Shown here: positions 37,719-47,560 of the stretch, in pieces | Position numbering within the stretch: the first letter of the stretch is position 1 | How the letters are laid out: every line of letters begins with the position of its first letter | NCBI GenBank assembly: GCA_049510745.1 | Contig: JBEKYR010000014.1 | Span: forward strand, 1 to 64,000 | Source of the DNA: Verrucomicrobiota bacterium | Lineage (GTDB): Bacteria; Verrucomicrobiota; Verrucomicrobiia; Limisphaerales; Palsa-1400 | Reading direction: 5' to 3' | DNA length: 64,000 nucleotides | Notes under the pieces: model-generated | The model's input: only the letters and a program-made list of their open reading frames with translations | Databases searched by the model: none | Told to the model about the DNA's origin: nothing | Made by a program: the position numbers and the translations under genes

Positions 37719-38791
37719 CCGCCGCCACCATGAGCACCGCCAACATCGACCGCCTCTTATCGGCCGTCAGTGATTTTCAGGCCTCGGACCTTCACCTGGT
37801 CGCCGGCGTGCCCCCCGCCTTCCGCGTCAACGGCGAAATCATCCTGGCCAACAGCGATGCCTTGACGGAGGAGGAAGTGACAGAATTGGCCGACAGCCTG
37901 TTGAACGAGCAGCAAAAGAAAAAGCTGGAGCAGGACTGGGAACTTTGCATCTCCAAACACCATGACGCCGTTGGCCGCATGCGCGTGACCTTCTACAGGC
38001 GCAACGGCCATCCCGAACTGAGCCTGCGCTTTTGCGGCCATCACATCGCTTCGCGCGAGGAACTGGGCCTGCCGGAGAAACTCGACGAGTTGGCGCGCCG
38101 GCCCAACGGCCTGGTCCTGGTCACCGGCGCCACCGGCGCCGGCAAAACCACCACCCTCAATTATCTGGTCGATCTCATCAACAACGAGCGCCGCTGCAAG
38201 ATCGTCACCATCGAGGACCCGATTGAATTTGTCCATGAGAACAAGCGGGCCATCGTCGTCCAGCAGGAGGTCCTCACCGACGTCCGCTCCTTCAACCGCG
38301 CCCTCATCCACGTCTTGCGCCAGGACCCGGACGTGATCGTCGTGGGCGAGATGCGGGACCACGAAGCGATCTCCACCGCGCTGACGGCGGCCGAGACGGG
38401 CCATCTGGTGCTGGCCACGATGCACTCCCCCAACGTGTCTCACGCCCTGGAGCGGATCATCGGCGTCTTTGAAGGCAACGCACAGCGGCAGATCGTTCTC
38501 CAATTGTCCAATTCATTGCAGGGGATCATCGCCCAGGACTTGCTGCCCGCCACCGACCGCAACCGGCGCGTGCTTGCCTATGAGCTGCTCATCGCCACCA
38601 ACGGCGTCCGCAACATGATCCGCGAGCACCAACTCCATCAACTGGACAACGCCATTCAAATGGGGCGCAAGGAAGGCATGGTCCTCATGGACAACTGCCT
38701 TTACGACCTCTATTGCAAGTGCCTCATCACCTACGACTCCGCCATCAGCCGCGCCCGCACTCCCGAACGCATCCTCCGCGACAAGAAATGA
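37715..38791 (+). CDS. pilT: PilT/PilU-family retraction ATPase
   Basis: ASDLHL, GATGAGKTT, TIEDPIE, LRQDPDVIVVGEMRD, AETGHLVLATMH, and the AIRNLIRE-like GVRNMIRE. Confidence 0.93.
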   Translation: MTAATMSTANIDRLLSAVSDFQASDLHLVAGVPPAFRVNGEIILANSDALTEEEVTELADSLLNEQQKKKLEQDWELCISKHHDAVGRMRVTFYRRNGHPELSLRFCGHHIASREELGLPEKLDELARRPNGLVLVTGATGAGKTTTLNYLVDLINNERRCKIVTIEDPIEFVHENKRAIVVQQEVLTDVRSFNRALIHVLRQDPDVIVVGEMRDHEAISTALTAAETGHLVLATMHSPNVSHALERIIGVFEGNAQRQIVLQLSNSLQGIIAQDLLPATDRNRRVLAYELLIATNGVRNMIREHQLHQLDNAIQMGRKEGMVLMDNCLYDLYCKCLITYDSAISRARTPERILRDKK

Positions 38792-38806
38792 CTCGTTCGC
38801 GCGGAT

Positions 38807-38845
38807 TGCGCAACTTTTGCGCACTCACCGAGCAACATCTGCGCG
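38807..38845. promoter_or_regulatory. Tandem enhancer (UAS) sites for a sigma54 activator
   Basis: TGCGCA-acttt-TGCGCA (38807-38823) and CGAGCA-acatc-TGCGCG (38829-38845), 22 bp apart and 65-100 bp upstream of the -24 box. Confidence 0.6.
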
Positions 38846-38908
38846 GAGACGCGGGCGGCGGCGGGCCAAAACACCGGTTTCATTCAGCAAACCAACCGAC
38901 GCAACGCT

Positions 38909-38923
38909 TGGCACACAAGTTGC
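38909..38923 (+). promoter_or_regulatory. Sigma54 -24/-12 promoter
   Basis: TGGCAC-ACAAG-TTGC with canonical GG-N10-GC spacing. Confidence 0.8.
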
Positions 38924-39004
38924 CTACGGTTGGCTGACGTCAACTGTTTTCGGGGCGCAAATGAGCGCCTGCGAACTGGTTAACCACAATATTCAACGTA
39001 AATT

Positions 39005-39535
39005 ATGAACATACTTAGGAAAGCTCTGATAGCCGGCGCGTGCGCGTGCGCGCTCTTTTCAACTACGGGCAGCCTCATGGCCCAGGGACGCCCCAATTTC
39101 GATCCCGCCCAAATGAAAAAAGACAGGCTCGACAGCCTGCGCGATCAAATGGAGATCAAGGACGATCAGGAATGGACCGCGATCGAAGCCAAACTCAGCA
39201 AAGCCTACGATGCCCGCGCCAACGTCATGGGCATCAGCATGCGCGGCGCTTTCGGCCGCGGCGGACCACGCCGCAATCCGAACAACGGCAACGCGGATGA
39301 TCAGACGCAAAGGCCGCGCCGGAACCCGTTCGGCGACCCAAGCCCCGCCTTCGATGCCCTGCAAAAAGCCATCGATGACAAGGCCCCCAGCGCCGAGATC
39401 AAGACCAAGCTGGCCGCTTACCGCGCCGACGTCAAGGACCGCGAGGCCAAGCTCGCAGCGGCCCAGGAAGATTTGCGCAGCGTCCTGACGCCCCGCCAGG
39501 AAGCCATCGCCACCATCAACGGTCTTTTGCAATAG
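39005..39535 (+). CDS. Periplasmic helical protein, loosely Spy/CpxP/ZraP-like
   Basis: Signal peptide; helical segments, Gly/Arg-rich linker and C-terminal VLTPRQEA (LTxxQ-type motif). Confidence 0.65.
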   Translation: MNILRKALIAGACACALFSTTGSLMAQGRPNFDPAQMKKDRLDSLRDQMEIKDDQEWTAIEAKLSKAYDARANVMGISMRGAFGRGGPRRNPNNGNADDQTQRPRRNPFGDPSPAFDALQKAIDDKAPSAEIKTKLAAYRADVKDREAKLAAAQEDLRSVLTPRQEAIATINGLLQ

Positions 39536-39555
39536 ACTCCCCCAACGGGGAGTCT
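39534..39555 (+). terminator. Hairpin after the first gene of the sigma54 operon (weak terminator or stabiliser)
   Basis: AGACTCCCC-caac-GGGGAGTCT with no long U-tract. Confidence 0.55.
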
Positions 39556-39629
39556 TACTGTGGCCGCGCCGGGCGTTCCGAGGGGCGGACATCCCCGGAC
39601 GCCGGCGCCGCCGCAGGAGGCCCATTAAA

Positions 39630-41384
39630 ATGAACGAAGCAAAAACAGCGGAAGCTCCGGTCGCCCAGTTGCTCGACCAGATGGTCGCTGCCAAGCAACT
39701 CTCCTCGACCGACGCGGCCATTTTGACCAAGAGAAACCGCTCCAGCCCGCAAAAACCCATCGAAACCGAGGATGAAGTGCTCCGCTGGCTGGCCGGGGAG
39801 TACGGCCTGGGTTTCACCACTCTGGACGAGGTCGAGCCGGACCGCGAGTTGCTTTCGCTTTTCCCGGCGCGCGTGCTGCTCAAAGAGGAACTGCTCCCCT
39901 TGCAGCGCGTCAACGGCGTGGTGGAAGTGGCCACCAGCCGCCTCTTTGCCACCCAGGGCCTGGACACGCTCAAGACGCTGACCGGCCTGAGAATCAAACC
40001 GATTCTCGCCCCGACCGAAGCGATCCGGCGCGAAATAAAAAGGCACCTCGGCGTCGGCGCCGATACGATTGACACCCTCGACGACGTCGCGCCGCTGCAA
40101 GTGGTCGATGAAACCGGGGAAGAGGACACCAACCTCGAAAACGCGGCCGAGGACGCCTCCATCATCAAATTTGTCAACCAGGTCCTCACCGACGCCATCG
40201 AACTGCGCGCTTCGGACATTCATTTGGAGCCGTTTGAGGACGAGCTGCGCATCCGCTACCGGATTGACGGCGTGTTGCAGGAGATTCCGGTGCCGGCGCA
40301 GATCAAGCGTTTTCAGCCGGCCATTGTTTCCCGCGTCAAGATTTTGAGCCATTTGAACATCGCCGAAAAGCGCCTGCCGCAGGACGGCCGCATCAAAATC
40401 CGCCTGGCCAACAACGAAGTCGATATCCGCGTGTCGATCATTCCGATGCTGCACGGCGAGGCGGTGGTCATGCGGTTGCTGCGCCAAAAGGCGACCTTGC
40501 TGGGCATTGAGCAACTGGGCATGGACCCCGGCGTGCTGGCCTCCTTCCACCGGGTGCTGGCGCTGCCGCACGGCATTATCCTTGTCACCGGCCCGACCGG
40601 CAGCGGCAAGACCTCCACCCTTTACACCGCGCTGGCGGCCATCAATGACGATGTTCGCAAGATCATCACCATTGAAGACCCCATTGAATATCAAATGCGC
40701 GGGGTCAACCAGATTCAGGTCTCGGAAAAGGCGGGGCTGACTTTTGCCCGCGGCTTGCGCTCCATTTTGCGGCATGACCCGGACGTGATCCTGGTCGGTG
40801 AAATCCGCGACGAGGAAACGGCGCAAATCGCCGTTCAGGCCTCGCTCACCGGCCACCTGGTCTTCTCGACTCTCCACACCAACGACGCCCCCGGCGCGCT
40901 GACCCGGCTGGTCGATATGAACGTCGAGCCGTACCTGGTGGCGTCGTCTCTCGAAGCCGTGCTGGCCCAGCGCCTGGTGCGCGTTTTGTGTCCGGAATGC
41001 AAAATGGAGGATAAGTCTCCGACCACCGCCGCGTTCAAGGAGCAGGCCGGCATCGCGCCGGGCGTCACGATCTTTCGCGCGGTCGGCTGCCAGGCTTGCC
41101 GCAACACCGGCTATCACGGCCGGCACGCGATTTTTGAATGGATGGACCTGGACAATCAAATCCGCCAGATGGTTTTGAAAAACTGTTCCAGCGGCGAAAT
41201 CCGCGAAGTCGCCGTGCGCAACGGCATGCACAGCCTCAGTGACGATGGCTGGCGCCTCATCGGCATGGGCATCACCACGCCCGAGGAAGTCATGCGCGTG
41301 ACCAAGGACCAGACCCTGATGGGCGGCAAAATCGGCCACGCCGAAGCCGACACTGCGTTCGACAGCCGACCCAAGGCCGCCTAG
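39630..41384 (+). CDS. gspE: T2SS ATPase GspE/PilB family
   Basis: ASDIHLEP, RLPQDGRI, GPTGSGKTSTLY, LRHDPDVILVGEIRD, LTGHLVFSTLHTND, CPEC...CQAC. Confidence 0.95.
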   Translation: MNEAKTAEAPVAQLLDQMVAAKQLSSTDAAILTKRNRSSPQKPIETEDEVLRWLAGEYGLGFTTLDEVEPDRELLSLFPARVLLKEELLPLQRVNGVVEVATSRLFATQGLDTLKTLTGLRIKPILAPTEAIRREIKRHLGVGADTIDTLDDVAPLQVVDETGEEDTNLENAAEDASIIKFVNQVLTDAIELRASDIHLEPFEDELRIRYRIDGVLQEIPVPAQIKRFQPAIVSRVKILSHLNIAEKRLPQDGRIKIRLANNEVDIRVSIIPMLHGEAVVMRLLRQKATLLGIEQLGMDPGVLASFHRVLALPHGIILVTGPTGSGKTSTLYTALAAINDDVRKIITIEDPIEYQMRGVNQIQVSEKAGLTFARGLRSILRHDPDVILVGEIRDEETAQIAVQASLTGHLVFSTLHTNDAPGALTRLVDMNVEPYLVASSLEAVLAQRLVRVLCPECKMEDKSPTTAAFKEQAGIAPGVTIFRAVGCQACRNTGYHGRHAIFEWMDLDNQIRQMVLKNCSSGEIREVAVRNGMHSLSDDGWRLIGMGITTPEEVMRVTKDQTLMGGKIGHAEADTAFDSRPKAA

Positions 41385-41390
41385 CCCTCT

Positions 41391-42632
41391 ATGCCCGTTT
41401 TCGTTTACAAAGCGTTTCAAGCCGACGGCCAAACCGCCGAGGGCCAACTCGAGGCGGGCGGACGGCAGGAGGCTTTTCAGCGGATGGAAGAGAAAGGCCT
41501 GCGGCCCATCACGCTGGCGGAGAAAGCCGCCGCCGCGGAGAAAGACGGCAACGGCGCGCCGCCCCCAAGCGCGGCGTTCAGGTTTCAATCCAAGAAGGTC
41601 ACGCCGCGCATGCTGGAAAACTTCACCCGGCTGCTCTCCAGTTTGCTGGCGGCGGGCGTGCCGTTGAGCCGCGCGCTGGTCATTCTTTGCAAAGAGGCCG
41701 CCAGCCCCCTGGCCGCCGCCAAGTGGAAGCAGATTTACGACTCGGTCGTCGATGGCATTTCCCTGGCCGATTCCATGGCCACCATGCCGGACACCTTCCC
41801 GCGCGTCTATGTGGCGATGGTGTCGGCGGGCGAAACGGGCGGGTTCCTGGACCTGGTGCTGGCGCAAATCGCCGATTTCCAACTGCGGGAAAGAGACCTG
41901 CGCGGCAAGGTCACCGCGGCCATGCTTTACCCGGCCATCCTGCTCGTGCTCTCCATTGCCGTGTTGATCGTCCTGATGACATTTTTTATTCCGCGATTCC
42001 AAAAGATGTTCGAGGGTTTCGGCGGGCAATTGCCGCTGTTGACGCGGATGATCGTCGCCGTCAGCTACTGGATTCGGCACTACGGGCTTTTCATCGCCGT
42101 CGGGCTTGTGGTCACCGGATTGCTGGTGCGCAATTGGATCACCTCGGAGCGCGGCCGGCGGACCTGGGAAGGATTCATTATTCGCGTGCCGGTGCTGGGG
42201 CCGCTCTTGAGCCAATTTGCCATGGCCCGCTTTTGCCGGATGCTCGGCACGCTGCTCAACGCCGGCGTGCCGTTGGTGCAGGCCCTCAACGTCGCCCGCC
42301 GCTCCATCGGCAACCAGATCCTGGTCGATGCCGTCTCCAATTCCATCGAGCGGGTCAAGGAAGGCGCGCAATTGGGCGCCAGCCTCTCGGATTGCAAGTC
42401 GCTTTTCCCCAGCTCGGTCCTGGAAATGATTTCCGTCGGCGAAGAAAGTGGCAAGCTCGACCAGGAATTGGTCCGCATCGCCGGCGTGACGGAAACGGAC
42501 CTGGACCGGAACCTGAAAACGGCGGTGGCGTTTCTGGAGCCGTTGATGCTTTTTTTCATCGCCGGGTTTATTGGAACGATTTTCATCGGCATGATCTACC
42601 CGATTTTTGCCATGCAAGACTACATCAAATAA
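41391..42632 (+). CDS. gspF: T2SS platform protein GspF/PilC
   Basis: FTRLLSSLLAAGVPL, AGETGGFLD, AMLYP, VGEESGKLD, LEP. Confidence 0.95.
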   Translation: MPVFVYKAFQADGQTAEGQLEAGGRQEAFQRMEEKGLRPITLAEKAAAAEKDGNGAPPPSAAFRFQSKKVTPRMLENFTRLLSSLLAAGVPLSRALVILCKEAASPLAAAKWKQIYDSVVDGISLADSMATMPDTFPRVYVAMVSAGETGGFLDLVLAQIADFQLRERDLRGKVTAAMLYPAILLVLSIAVLIVLMTFFIPRFQKMFEGFGGQLPLLTRMIVAVSYWIRHYGLFIAVGLVVTGLLVRNWITSERGRRTWEGFIIRVPVLGPLLSQFAMARFCRMLGTLLNAGVPLVQALNVARRSIGNQILVDAVSNSIERVKEGAQLGASLSDCKSLFPSSVLEMISVGEESGKLDQELVRIAGVTETDLDRNLKTAVAFLEPLMLFFIAGFIGTIFIGMIYPIFAMQDYIK

Positions 42633-42647
42633 AAAGACAGGACATTT

Positions 42648-43088
42648 ATGAGAATAACCCCCCGCCATGCAAATCGCCCCGCCCGCCGGACTCAGGGCGC
42701 ATTCACGCTCGTTGAACTGCTCCTGGTGATGACCATTCTGGCCATTCTGGCCGGCATCGTCCTGCCGAAGATGGCCGGCAGGGGCGAACAAGCCCGCGTG
42801 GCGGCGGCAAAGACCCAGATTGAATCCTTCGGCACAGCCTTGGGCACATACGAAGTCGATAACGGCAACTATCCTCGCGGGCGGGACGGCTTGCAGGCCC
42901 TGATCGTCAAGCCGCGCGACGCCCTCAACTGGCACGGTCCGTACATGGAGAAGGATATTCCGCCGGATCCGTGGGGCAAAAAATACGTGTATGAATGCCC
43001 CGGCAAACACAACCCGTCCGGCTATGATCTCTACACGACCGGCCCCGACGGCACTGTTTATGGAAACTGGACAGTACAACAACGATAA
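42648..43088 (+). CDS. gspG: Major pseudopilin GspG
   Basis: AFTLVELLLV, YEVDNGNYP, GLQALI, WHGPYM, DPWGKKYVYECPG. Confidence 0.93.
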   Translation: MRITPRHANRPARRTQGAFTLVELLLVMTILAILAGIVLPKMAGRGEQARVAAAKTQIESFGTALGTYEVDNGNYPRGRDGLQALIVKPRDALNWHGPYMEKDIPPDPWGKKYVYECPGKHNPSGYDLYTTGPDGTVYGNWTVQQR

Positions 43089-43620
43089 GGCCCGGCGCCG
43101 CGCCGCCTTCACCTTGGTCGAATTGATCCTGGTCATGACCATCATGGTGATCTTGATCAGCCTGGTTTTCCCTTCCCTGAAGGGCTTCTTCCACGGGCGC
43201 AACCTCGACAACGAGGCGCGCCGGTTTTTGTCGTTGACACGATACGCCCAAAGCCGCGCCATCTCCGAGGGTCTGCCGGTCGAACTGTGGATGAACCCGC
43301 GCAGCGGCTCCTACGGCGTGCAGGCGCTCTCCGGCTACACGGAAACGCGCACCAATCCGATGGCCTTCAACCTCGACTCCACCGTGACGCTCGCCTTTTC
43401 CGCGCCGTCCTCCGTCCTGGTGCGCTCCAACTTCTGGACGCAGGCCCAAGGGCAGTTCGGCGCGGTGGGCAAAATCCGCTTCCAGCCCGACGGTTTTATC
43501 AGCGACACCAGCCCGGAGAACATTTTTTTTCGGCAGGGCGCGGACGGCCAGATTTGGATCGCGGAAACCCCCTCCCATTTGAGATATGACATTCAACCCG
43601 GCCAACCCAACCGCCGCTAA
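43060..43620 (+). CDS. gspH: Minor pseudopilin, GspH/FimT-like
   Basis: AFTLVELILV, RYAQSRAISEG, IRFQPDG; position after gspG. Confidence 0.8.
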   Translation: METGQYNNDKARRRAAFTLVELILVMTIMVILISLVFPSLKGFFHGRNLDNEARRFLSLTRYAQSRAISEGLPVELWMNPRSGSYGVQALSGYTETRTNPMAFNLDSTVTLAFSAPSSVLVRSNFWTQAQGQFGAVGKIRFQPDGFISDTSPENIFFRQGADGQIWIAETPSHLRYDIQPGQPNRR

Positions 43621-43996
43621 ACGCGCCCGCTCCGGCTTCACGCTGGCCGAGGTGCTGGCGGCGATGCTGTTTTTGGTCATCGTCATCCCGGTGGCCGTGC
43701 AGGGGTTGCATGTCGCCAGCATGGCCGGCGAAGTCAGCCAGCGCAAAATGGCCGCCGCCCGCATCGGCAACAAAATCCTCAACGAATTGAAGGTGACCGG
43801 CCAATTGCAAAACACCAGCCAAAGAGGCGTCGTGCAGGACCGCGGCCTGACTTACACATGGTCGGTCAAAAATCAGCCCTGGACGGAGGACACTCTCAGC
43901 CAGATGACCGTGGCCACCGTCACCGTCACTTATATGGCCCAGGGCAGGAGCTTCGACGTCAACCTGAGCACGCTGCTGCCGCCCGTCCAGCCATGA
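43586..43996 (+). CDS. gspI: Minor pseudopilin, GspI-like
   Basis: GFTLAEVLAAMLFL; size and gene order fit. Confidence 0.75.
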   Translation: MTFNPANPTAAKRARSGFTLAEVLAAMLFLVIVIPVAVQGLHVASMAGEVSQRKMAAARIGNKILNELKVTGQLQNTSQRGVVQDRGLTYTWSVKNQPWTEDTLSQMTVATVTVTYMAQGRSFDVNLSTLLPPVQP

Positions 43997-44682
43997 AACC
44001 GCCCCTCCATCCCAACCCTGCGCGCGCGTTCACGTTGCTGGAATTGCTCCTGGCCATTTCCATCATGTCCATCGTCCTGGTTGCGATCCACGGCGTTTTT
44101 TTCACGGCCATTCACCTGCGCAACGCCACCGTCAATGCCGTCGAAGCCGGCCTGCCGGTCGAACAAGCCCTGGAAGTCATGCAGCATGATCTGGCCAACA
44201 TCGTCGCCTCCACCAACGGCGTGCTCATCGGCCCGCTCCAAACCACCACTCCCACCAACGCCCTGCCCGACCAGATCGGCCCTGATTTTTACACCACCGG
44301 CGGAGAAATGGACGGCATGGTGCCGTGGGGCAATATCCAGAAGATTGATTATTTGCTCTCCACGCCGACCAACGGCGTTCGCGGTCCGGGCAAGGACCTC
44401 ATCCGCGCCGTCACCCGCAACTTGCTCCCCCTGAACCAGCCGCCCCAGCCGGACGAACAACATGCGCTCCTGAGCGGCGTCCAGACTTTGACGTTCCTCT
44501 ATTATGACGGCACGCAATGGGACCCCGATTGGGACACCACCCAGCAAACCAATCTGCCCCTGGCCATCAAGGTGCGCATTCAAATGGCCGCCGCCCGGGG
44601 CGTCGCCGCCGGCGGCCCGTTGGAACTGGTCGTGCCTGTGGATATTCTGCTCAACACCAACCCCGTCACCGCACTGCAATGA
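43993..44682 (+). CDS. gspJ: Minor pseudopilin, GspJ-like
   Basis: AFTLLELLLAISI, LLSGVQTLTFLYYDGTQW, LPLAIKVRI. Confidence 0.82.
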   Translation: MKPPLHPNPARAFTLLELLLAISIMSIVLVAIHGVFFTAIHLRNATVNAVEAGLPVEQALEVMQHDLANIVASTNGVLIGPLQTTTPTNALPDQIGPDFYTTGGEMDGMVPWGNIQKIDYLLSTPTNGVRGPGKDLIRAVTRNLLPLNQPPQPDEQHALLSGVQTLTFLYYDGTQWDPDWDTTQQTNLPLAIKVRIQMAAARGVAAGGPLELVVPVDILLNTNPVTALQ

Positions 44683-46121
44683 AACTGGCCGCCGCCAATT
44701 CGACTTCGTCCCGCGCCTCGGTGTTGATCATCGTGCTCTGGGTCGCCTTTGGCCTGGTCGCCATCACCCTCTATTTCGCCAACGCCATGTCGATGGAACT
44801 CAAGGCGGCCGATAACCGGGTCGCCAGCCTGGAAGCCGATCAAGCCATCGAGGGCGCCGCCCTTTACGTCAGCAACATCCTCGCCAACCGCGCCAACATG
44901 ATGATGATTCCCACCCCGGACAATTTCCGCGCCGACGGCGTGAAGGTGGGCGAGGCGACCTTCTGGCTGGTGGGCCGGGACACCAACGACCTGCAAACCT
45001 CCGCCCAGGGCGAGCAGCCCGTCTGGGGCCTCATCGATGAAGCCTCCAAGCTCAATCTCAACAGCGCCACCGCCGCCGAGCTGCAGAATCTTCCGCAAAT
45101 GACGGCGAACACGGCCGCCGCCATCTACGATTGGCAGACCGGCAGCAACAGCTCGCCCAGCACCGGCGGCGCCAAATCCGAAACCTATTCCGGTTTGCAG
45201 CCCGCCTACCTCTGCAAAAGCGCCCCCTACGAGAGCATCGACGAGTTGCGCCTGGTCTATGGCCTGAACATGGACCTGCTCTACGGCGAGGACGCCAACC
45301 TTAATGGCATCCTGGACCCCAACGAAAACGACGGCATGGTCACGCCGCCTACGGACAATTCCGACGGCATCCTCGATCCCGGCGTCCTGGAATACGTCAC
45401 CGTCTGGAGCCGCGAACCGACCCTGGACACCAACGGCTCGGCCCGCATCGCTGTCAACGATATTTCAAGCTTGACCTCGTTTCTCCAGCAAAGCTATCCC
45501 TCCCTGGTCTCCTACCTGGCTCCCTTCGGCGGCGGCGCAGGGGCGGCCGGCGGCGCGGGGACGGCCGCCGGCGGACGCGCCGGCGCTGGCACCGGCGCCG
45601 GGGCAACGCGTGGCGGAGCCGCCAGCGCCACCGCCGCCGCCGCTCCCACCAGCGTGCTGGACTTCTACATTCGCAGCGGCATGTCCGAAAGCGATTTTCA
45701 GCAAATCGAGCCATTTCTCATGAATACCAACTTGACGGGCTTGATTAACGTCAACACCGCCACCGCCACCGCCCTGGCGTGCGTCCCGGGCATCGGCCTG
45801 AACCAGGCGCCCCAAGTGCTCGCTTACCGCCAGTCCAATCCGCCGCAGACGCCCTCGATCACCTGGCTCAAAACCGCCCTGGGCACCACCGATCCGGCCA
45901 CGATCGCGCAGGTTGGCCCTTATGTCACCCCCTACTCCTTTCAATTCACCGCCGATGTCGTCGCGCTCGGACACCACAACCGCGGCTATCGGCGGGTCCG
46001 CTTTGTTTTTGATTGCAGCAGCGGCACGCCCCTGATCGTCTATCGCCAGGACCTGACCCATCTGGGATGGGCCTTGGGCAAAAAACTGCACGACCAATTG
46101 TTGGCCGATAACTCGAAATGA
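44679..46121 (+). CDS. gspK: Minor pseudopilin GspK
   Basis: RASVLIIVLW, DEASKLNLN, SIDELRLVYG, INVNTA. Confidence 0.88.
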   Translation: MKLAAANSTSSRASVLIIVLWVAFGLVAITLYFANAMSMELKAADNRVASLEADQAIEGAALYVSNILANRANMMMIPTPDNFRADGVKVGEATFWLVGRDTNDLQTSAQGEQPVWGLIDEASKLNLNSATAAELQNLPQMTANTAAAIYDWQTGSNSSPSTGGAKSETYSGLQPAYLCKSAPYESIDELRLVYGLNMDLLYGEDANLNGILDPNENDGMVTPPTDNSDGILDPGVLEYVTVWSREPTLDTNGSARIAVNDISSLTSFLQQSYPSLVSYLAPFGGGAGAAGGAGTAAGGRAGAGTGAGATRGGAASATAAAAPTSVLDFYIRSGMSESDFQQIEPFLMNTNLTGLINVNTATATALACVPGIGLNQAPQVLAYRQSNPPQTPSITWLKTALGTTDPATIAQVGPYVTPYSFQFTADVVALGHHNRGYRRVRFVFDCSSGTPLIVYRQDLTHLGWALGKKLHDQLLADNSK

Positions 46122-47560
46122 TCGCCTTTTTCAAATCCAAACGCGCCGCTTCCGTCCTGGGTTTGGCCCTGGACGGCAACCGGCTGGAAGCCGTCGTTCT
46201 ACGCCGCTCCAACGGAACGCTGCATGTCCGCAAAGCCGTCTCCGCCGACCTGGCGATGTCGCCGCTGACCGACGACCCGGAACTGGTCGGGCGCGAAATC
46301 CGCAATCACCTCGACCAGGCCGGCGTGCGCGAGCGGCGCTGCGCCGTCTGCCTGCCCCTGGGCTGGCTGCTGACGCTGCAGGTCACCGTGCCGGAATTGT
46401 CCGATGCCGACCGGGCCAGTTTCCTGCAACTGGAGGCCGAGCGGGGATTTCACGGCGGCCCCGAGGCGCTCTTCACCGCCCATTCCCTGTTCCGGCCGGT
46501 GGGCGGCGAGGCGTTCGCCACCTTGCTGGCCGTGCCGCGCAACCACCTCGATACCCTCGAACGGGTCCTGCGCGCCGCCAAGCTCAAGCCCGTCACCTTC
46601 GCCCTGGGCGTCGGCGCCCTCCAGCCCGCCGCCGGCGACACAGGGCGCGTCCTGGCCCTTTGCGTGCGCAGCAATAGTATTGACCTGCAAGTCAGCGGCG
46701 GCGGCGGCATCGTCGCCTTGCGCTCGCTGGACGGGGCCATTGAAACCCAGGGCGGGCAGAAGCGGATTTCGGCCGAGTTGACCGCGCGCGAGTTGCGCAT
46801 CACGCTGGGCCAGTTGCCCGGCGGCCTGGCCGGCGGCCCCGGCAAAATCCGCGTCTTCGGCCAGGGCGAAATGTGCCGCGAGTTCGTCCATGATATATCT
46901 CCGCGCCTGGAGGCGATGGGCCTGGCGGTGGAAACCGTGGACCGGGTCCCGGACGCGCTGTTCGACCCGCCGCCGCCGCCGGACTTGGCGGTGTCTCCGG
47001 CGCTGGCCCTGGCCGCGGCCTGGGTGCGGGGCGCCGATTCCACTCCCGAGTTTCTGCCTCCGCGCGTCCAGCCGTGGCAGCAATTGATCAGCACGCGCCT
47101 GTCCACCCGCAAACTGGCCTACGCGGGCGGGGCGGCCGCCGCCGTGGTTTTGGGCATTCTGCTTGCCTTCGGCGTGCAGCAATGGCAAATCCACAGCCTG
47201 CAATCCAAATGGAACGCCATCGCGCCGCTGGTCAGCGAGTTGACCGGCGACCAGGACCAGATCAAAAAATTCCGGCCCTGGTACGACCAGACGTTTCGCA
47301 ACCTGCGCATCCTGCGCCGCTTGACGGAGGCCTTTCCCGAAGACGGCTCGGTTTCCGCCAAAACGGTCGAGATTCGCGAAACGGCCGGCATCACCTGCTC
47401 CGGCCAGGCGCGGGACAAGGCGGCGTTCGTCCGCATGCACGACAAGCTGGGCGACGACACCAATGAGATCAGCAACCTGCACGCCGAGACCCGCGGCCAA
47501 AACCCGACGCAGTTCACCTTGAACTTCCAGTGGGAGGAAGGAGTGGCCAATGGAAACTAA
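46118..47560 (+). CDS. GspL / PilM-PilN-like assembly protein
   Basis: N-terminal VLGLALDG actin-like region, one TM helix, coiled coil and ferredoxin-like tail; gene order fits. Confidence 0.7.
   Translation: MIAFFKSKRAASVLGLALDGNRLEAVVLRRSNGTLHVRKAVSADLAMSPLTDDPELVGREIRNHLDQAGVRERRCAVCLPLGWLLTLQVTVPELSDADRASFLQLEAERGFHGGPEALFTAHSLFRPVGGEAFATLLAVPRNHLDTLERVLRAAKLKPVTFALGVGALQPAAGDTGRVLALCVRSNSIDLQVSGGGGIVALRSLDGAIETQGGQKRISAELTARELRITLGQLPGGLAGGPGKIRVFGQGEMCREFVHDISPRLEAMGLAVETVDRVPDALFDPPPPPDLAVSPALALAAAWVRGADSTPEFLPPRVQPWQQLISTRLSTRKLAYAGGAAAAVVLGILLAFGVQQWQIHSLQSKWNAIAPLVSELTGDQDQIKKFRPWYDQTFRNLRILRRLTEAFPEDGSVSAKTVEIRETAGITCSGQARDKAAFVRMHDKLGDDTNEISNLHAETRGQNPTQFTLNFQWEEGVANGN

Noticed and set aside
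39555..43262. 1235-aa minus-strand ORF
   Set aside because: Antisense shadow of gspE/F/G in high-GC DNA with no recognisable motifs. The same applies to 8987-10639, 15280-17763, 51328-52989, 52794-55109 and 59988-62609.
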